From: Promethearchaeota archaeon
Lineage (GTDB): Archaea > Asgardarchaeota > Lokiarchaeia > Sigyniarchaeales > SOKP01
Direction: 5' to 3'
Length of the DNA stretch: 64,000 nt
NCBI GenBank assembly: GCA_019894975.1
Contig: JAGXNO010000009.1
Span: forward strand, 19,644 to 83,643
This document shows positions 61,205-64,000 of this stretch, piece by piece. The notes beneath the pieces are model-generated. The model saw only the letters and a program-made list of their open reading frames with translations, was not told where the DNA came from and searched no databases. Both the position numbers and the translations under genes were made by a program. Within the stretch, counting starts at the first letter, position 1. Each line of letters starts with the position of its first letter.

Positions 61205-62344
61205 TTATTCATAGTTAGAACGAGGGGGAGCTAACCTCACTATTCTCGGTTTTTCCACTAAAGAGACGGCACCTTCAGGACAGAAAGCAGCACATATTCC
61301 GCACCCAATACAACGTTCTTCATTGGTTTCAGCTTTTCCTTCATCATTTAATTCTTTAGCTCCTGAGTAACATTTCTCAACACAGGTCCCACATCCAGTG
61401 CAGAGGTCATGATCTACTCGTGCTATAAAACTAGAGAGATTAGAGGTTATATTTTTTGATTGTCCACAACAATCTGAACAACAATTACAAATACTGTCTT
61501 CGTCTCTCTTGAAGTCCATATTTGGGTGATAAGCTTTATGAACTAACCCATCCTTTTCGGATTTTTTTAATATTTCTATCGCTTCTTCTTTAGAGATCAT
61601 TCTAGCGAAACCTTGTTCTGTTGTATATCGAGCAGATTTTCCAAAGGTAAAACAATTTTCTCGTATATCAGTTTGTTTACAGGATTCTCCAACTAAATCA
61701 CGGAAATGTCGACAATAGCAATGTCCTACAGCAATTTCATCAAATTTTTGAATAATCTCTTCGACTTTCTGAGTTGAAATTATCTTCTCTTCTGGTACTT
61801 CAATTTCTTTATCAATGACAATATTGATATTGTCTCCGGATTCAAAATTTTCAGTATACGGTACTGTTCTATCAATTGGGCGCATTCTTGGTAAATAATT
61901 TTTTACTATTGCGTCATAATTAGCCAACATTCTCCCTTTAAATTCTTCATTCAGTTTTTTGTATAGTTTGGCTAATCCTTTTTCCCAATCGTTGTATTCA
62001 AGCTTTTTCATGAATGTATATTCGTATACTCCTACATTGACGAATGGCATTAAACGAAATATCATTAATCCAGAACTACTTGGTTGATTCATAATTAATC
62101 CTGTTTTTGCTAACACTCGAACATGTTCATTTATTTCCTCTTCAGAAAAACCGGTAGCTTCTTTTATCTGTTCCATAGTTTGAGATCTTTTACCTTTAAA
62201 AGCCATTATAAAGTCTAAATGTTTCTCTTCAACAATGTATTTTAATATTGCGACAGTATTATCAGTAACGGGAACTGGAGTACCTCCAGCACTATTAATT
62301 ACTTCAACTCCTTTCTTATATCTTTCATCTATAGCTTCTGACAT
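61205..62344 (-). CDS. 4Fe-4S binding protein with N-terminal helix-turn-helix-like region
   Basis: CYCRH, ICNCCSDCC, CTGCGTCVEKC, CIGCGICAAFCP. Confidence 0.88.
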   Translation of the reverse strand: MSEAIDERYKKGVEVINSAGGTPVPVTDNTVAILKYIVEEKHLDFIMAFKGKRSQTMEQIKEATGFSEEEINEHVRVLAKTGLIMNQPSSSGLMIFRLMPFVNVGVYEYTFMKKLEYNDWEKGLAKLYKKLNEEFKGRMLANYDAIVKNYLPRMRPIDRTVPYTENFESGDNINIVIDKEIEVPEEKIISTQKVEEIIQKFDEIAVGHCYCRHFRDLVGESCKQTDIRENCFTFGKSARYTTEQGFARMISKEEAIEILKKSEKDGLVHKAYHPNMDFKRDEDSICNCCSDCCGQSKNITSNLSSFIARVDHDLCTGCGTCVEKCYSGAKELNDEGKAETNEERCIGCGICAAFCPEGAVSLVEKPRIVRLAPPRSNYE

Positions 62345-62417
62345 TTTTTATCAATTATAAGTTAAATTCTTGTTTAAATTATTAAATAATTAAAATTAAT
62401 TGCGATTTTAAAATTTC

Positions 62418-62459
62418 TCGATAGAAATTAAAACAATACCAAATTTTTGTGTAATTAAC
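62418..62459 (+). repeat. 42-bp direct repeat, copy 1 (putative promoter/leader)
   Basis: TCGATAGAAATTAAAACAATACCAAATTTTTGTGTAATTAAC. 38/42 identical to 63511-63552. Confidence 0.8.
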
Positions 62460-62492
62460 ACATTCAAAAAAACTAATTTAATTGGTTACATC

Positions 62493-63482
62493 ATGAAAGT
62501 ATTGGTTGTGCGATCCTATCTAGCAGACTGGATAGCCAAACAAAAGGAACTGTTACCCGAAAATATTGAATTAATTACTCCGGAGAAAGGAACTGAAGAA
62601 GAGCTAGTAAAACTTGCCCGAGATATTGAAATCATTGTATGCACTCGTTTATCTGCAGAGGTCGTAAAGAACGCTAAAAAGTTAAAGCTTATCCAAAAAA
62701 CCGGAGCGGGTGTAGATGCTCTACCATTTGATGCCATCGGTGATGGTATTTTTGTAGCAAACACATCTGGAGCGAATCCTGTACCTCTTGCTGAAGGAGC
62801 AATAAGCTTACTCCTCGCACTGGCAAGACGTGTGGTTCAACGCCACAAAGCATTTCCAGATCTCGATAGAAGTCGGGGTACCGAATTGCGAGGAAAAAAA
62901 GTTGGTATTATTGGATTAGGAAGTATCGGTGTTGAAATTGCCAAACGGTTGCAAGCATTCGAAATGAAAATTCTTGCTTTGAAAAGGCGCAGCTCAGCTG
63001 ATTTACAAGAAAAGATGAAACTTGACTTTTTAGGTGGTCCTGAAGATCTTGATTACTTACTCACAGAATCAGATTTTATTATTGTTATCGTGCCACTTAC
63101 TCCCGAAACACGGGGAATGATAGGGGAGCGTGAAATAGGGTTAATGAAGCCATCAGCATACATAATTAACGTTGCAAGAGCAGCTATAATTGAAGAGGAA
63201 CCATTATATCAAGCACTTAAAGAAAATAAAATTGCAGGGGCTGCCCTTGACGTATGGTGGGTTCCACATTGGTGGGATCCTTCATGGAAACCTGAGTTAG
63301 ACAAACCATCAAAGTTTCCTTTTTGGGAGTTATCTAATGTAATTGCAACACCTCATAACATCGGATATGCCGATTTTACCAAATATTCTGAAAATCCTGT
63401 TCGAATAATAGCTGAAAATATCCGTAATATAGCTGAAGGAAGACCCCCTATAAATCAGGTCGATAAAGAACACCAGTATTAA
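62493..63482 (+). CDS. D-isomer-specific 2-hydroxyacid dehydrogenase
   Basis: GAGVD, ELRGKKVGIIGLGSIG, PLTPET, INVAR, AALDV, TPH. Confidence 0.92.
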   Translation: MKVLVVRSYLADWIAKQKELLPENIELITPEKGTEEELVKLARDIEIIVCTRLSAEVVKNAKKLKLIQKTGAGVDALPFDAIGDGIFVANTSGANPVPLAEGAISLLLALARRVVQRHKAFPDLDRSRGTELRGKKVGIIGLGSIGVEIAKRLQAFEMKILALKRRSSADLQEKMKLDFLGGPEDLDYLLTESDFIIVIVPLTPETRGMIGEREIGLMKPSAYIINVARAAIIEEEPLYQALKENKIAGAALDVWWVPHWWDPSWKPELDKPSKFPFWELSNVIATPHNIGYADFTKYSENPVRIIAENIRNIAEGRPPINQVDKEHQY

Positions 63483-63510
63483 AAATTTTTAAGTCAATCA
63501 TAATAATTGA

Positions 63511-63552
63511 TCGATAAAAATTAAAGTAATATCAAATTTTTGTGTAATTAAC
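63511..63552 (+). repeat. 42-bp direct repeat, copy 2 (putative promoter/leader)
   Basis: TCGATAAAAATTAAAGTAATATCAAATTTTTGTGTAATTAAC. Confidence 0.8.
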
Positions 63553-63577
63553 GATTTTGAGAGAATGATTCAAAATA

Positions 63578-64000
63578 ATGAGTGAAAATAATAACGATAT
63601 CAAAATAATTAACACCGGATGTTGCCATGATTGCGGAGGTCGTTGTACTCTTAAAGCTCATGTGAAAGATGGTAAAATAATACGATTTGAAACAGATAAT
63701 GGAGACGATCCCCAATTACGTGCCTGCCTACGTGGAAGAGCATATAGACAGAAAGTTTATCATCCAGATAGGTTGAAGTATCCTATGCGTCGTATTGGAG
63801 AGCGAGGAGAGGGAAAGTTTGAAAGAATATCTTGGGATGAAGCATTAGATGAAGTAGCAAGTAAAATGGAAGATATTAAAGAAAAGTATGGAAATGCTTC
63901 TATTTTATTTGTTCCAGGTGCTGGTAATCAAGGTATGCTTCATGGTCCAACTCCCTCAGGCTTAGTACTTAACCAGTTTGGAGGTTATACTCGTATGTGG
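63578..64000 (+). CDS. Second DmsA-like molybdopterin oxidoreductase, 3'-truncated by the window edge
   Basis: Manual translation MSENNNDIKIINTGCCHDCGGRCTLKAHVKDG...LRACLRGRAYRQKVYHPDRLKYPM...ISWDEALD. No Tat signal. Confidence 0.9.
   Translation, partial: MSENNNDIKIINTGCCHDCGGRCTLKAHVKDGKIIRFETDNGDDPQLRACLRGRAYRQKVYHPDRLKYPMRRIGERGEGKFERISWDEALDEVASKMEDIKEKYGNASILFVPGAGNQGMLHGPTPSGLVLNQFGGYTRMW

Noticed and set aside
439-62764. Many short ORFs overlapping larger genes (e.g. 3509-3979, 6667-6951, 14912-15538, 53015-53386, 60727-61197, 1988-2359, 41276-41650)
   Set aside because: Antisense or alternate-frame shadows of well-supported genes, with no motifs of their own.
1-64000. CRISPR arrays, tRNA/rRNA genes, IS elements, integrases
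   Set aside because: No regularly spaced repeats, GC-rich structural RNA blocks or transposase/integrase motifs were seen by eye. A small RNA could have been missed.

Overview
AT-rich archaeal DNA, most likely from an Asgard archaeon of the Lokiarchaeia type. This is inferred from a longin-domain gene, a stand-alone RING finger, AGGTG/GGAGG Shine-Dalgarno motifs, T-run terminators and the style of paralog expansion. 1-5 kb: the 3' part of a nucleotide-sugar dehydrogenase, two tandem unannotated minus-strand micro-ORFs that each carry an in-frame TGA at codon 21 plus a related 3' hairpin (candidate small selenoproteins), and small genes including a Not4-type C4C4 RING finger and a longin protein. 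6-31 kb: a nitrogen/glutamine cluster (gdhA, NfnAB/SudAB, guaA, pepF, a GltB-like FMN protein with Zn-ribbon and HTH partners, Lrp, glnA, carAB) plus ABC transporters. 32-64 kb: a paralog-rich catabolic/redox region with 2 alkylsulfatase-like MBL hydrolases, 3 NMO/FabK flavoproteins, 4 crotonases, 3-hydroxyacyl-CoA dehydrogenase, thiolase, a TPP enzyme, an SCP2-like protein, many Fe-S proteins, a DmsA-like molybdoenzyme paired with a DmsB/GltD chimera, and the start of a second DmsA paralog. Several genes appear to start at ATA/ATT codons behind good SD motifs. No rRNA, tRNA, CRISPR array or transposase was recognised. All product calls come from motif recognition by eye, without database searches.
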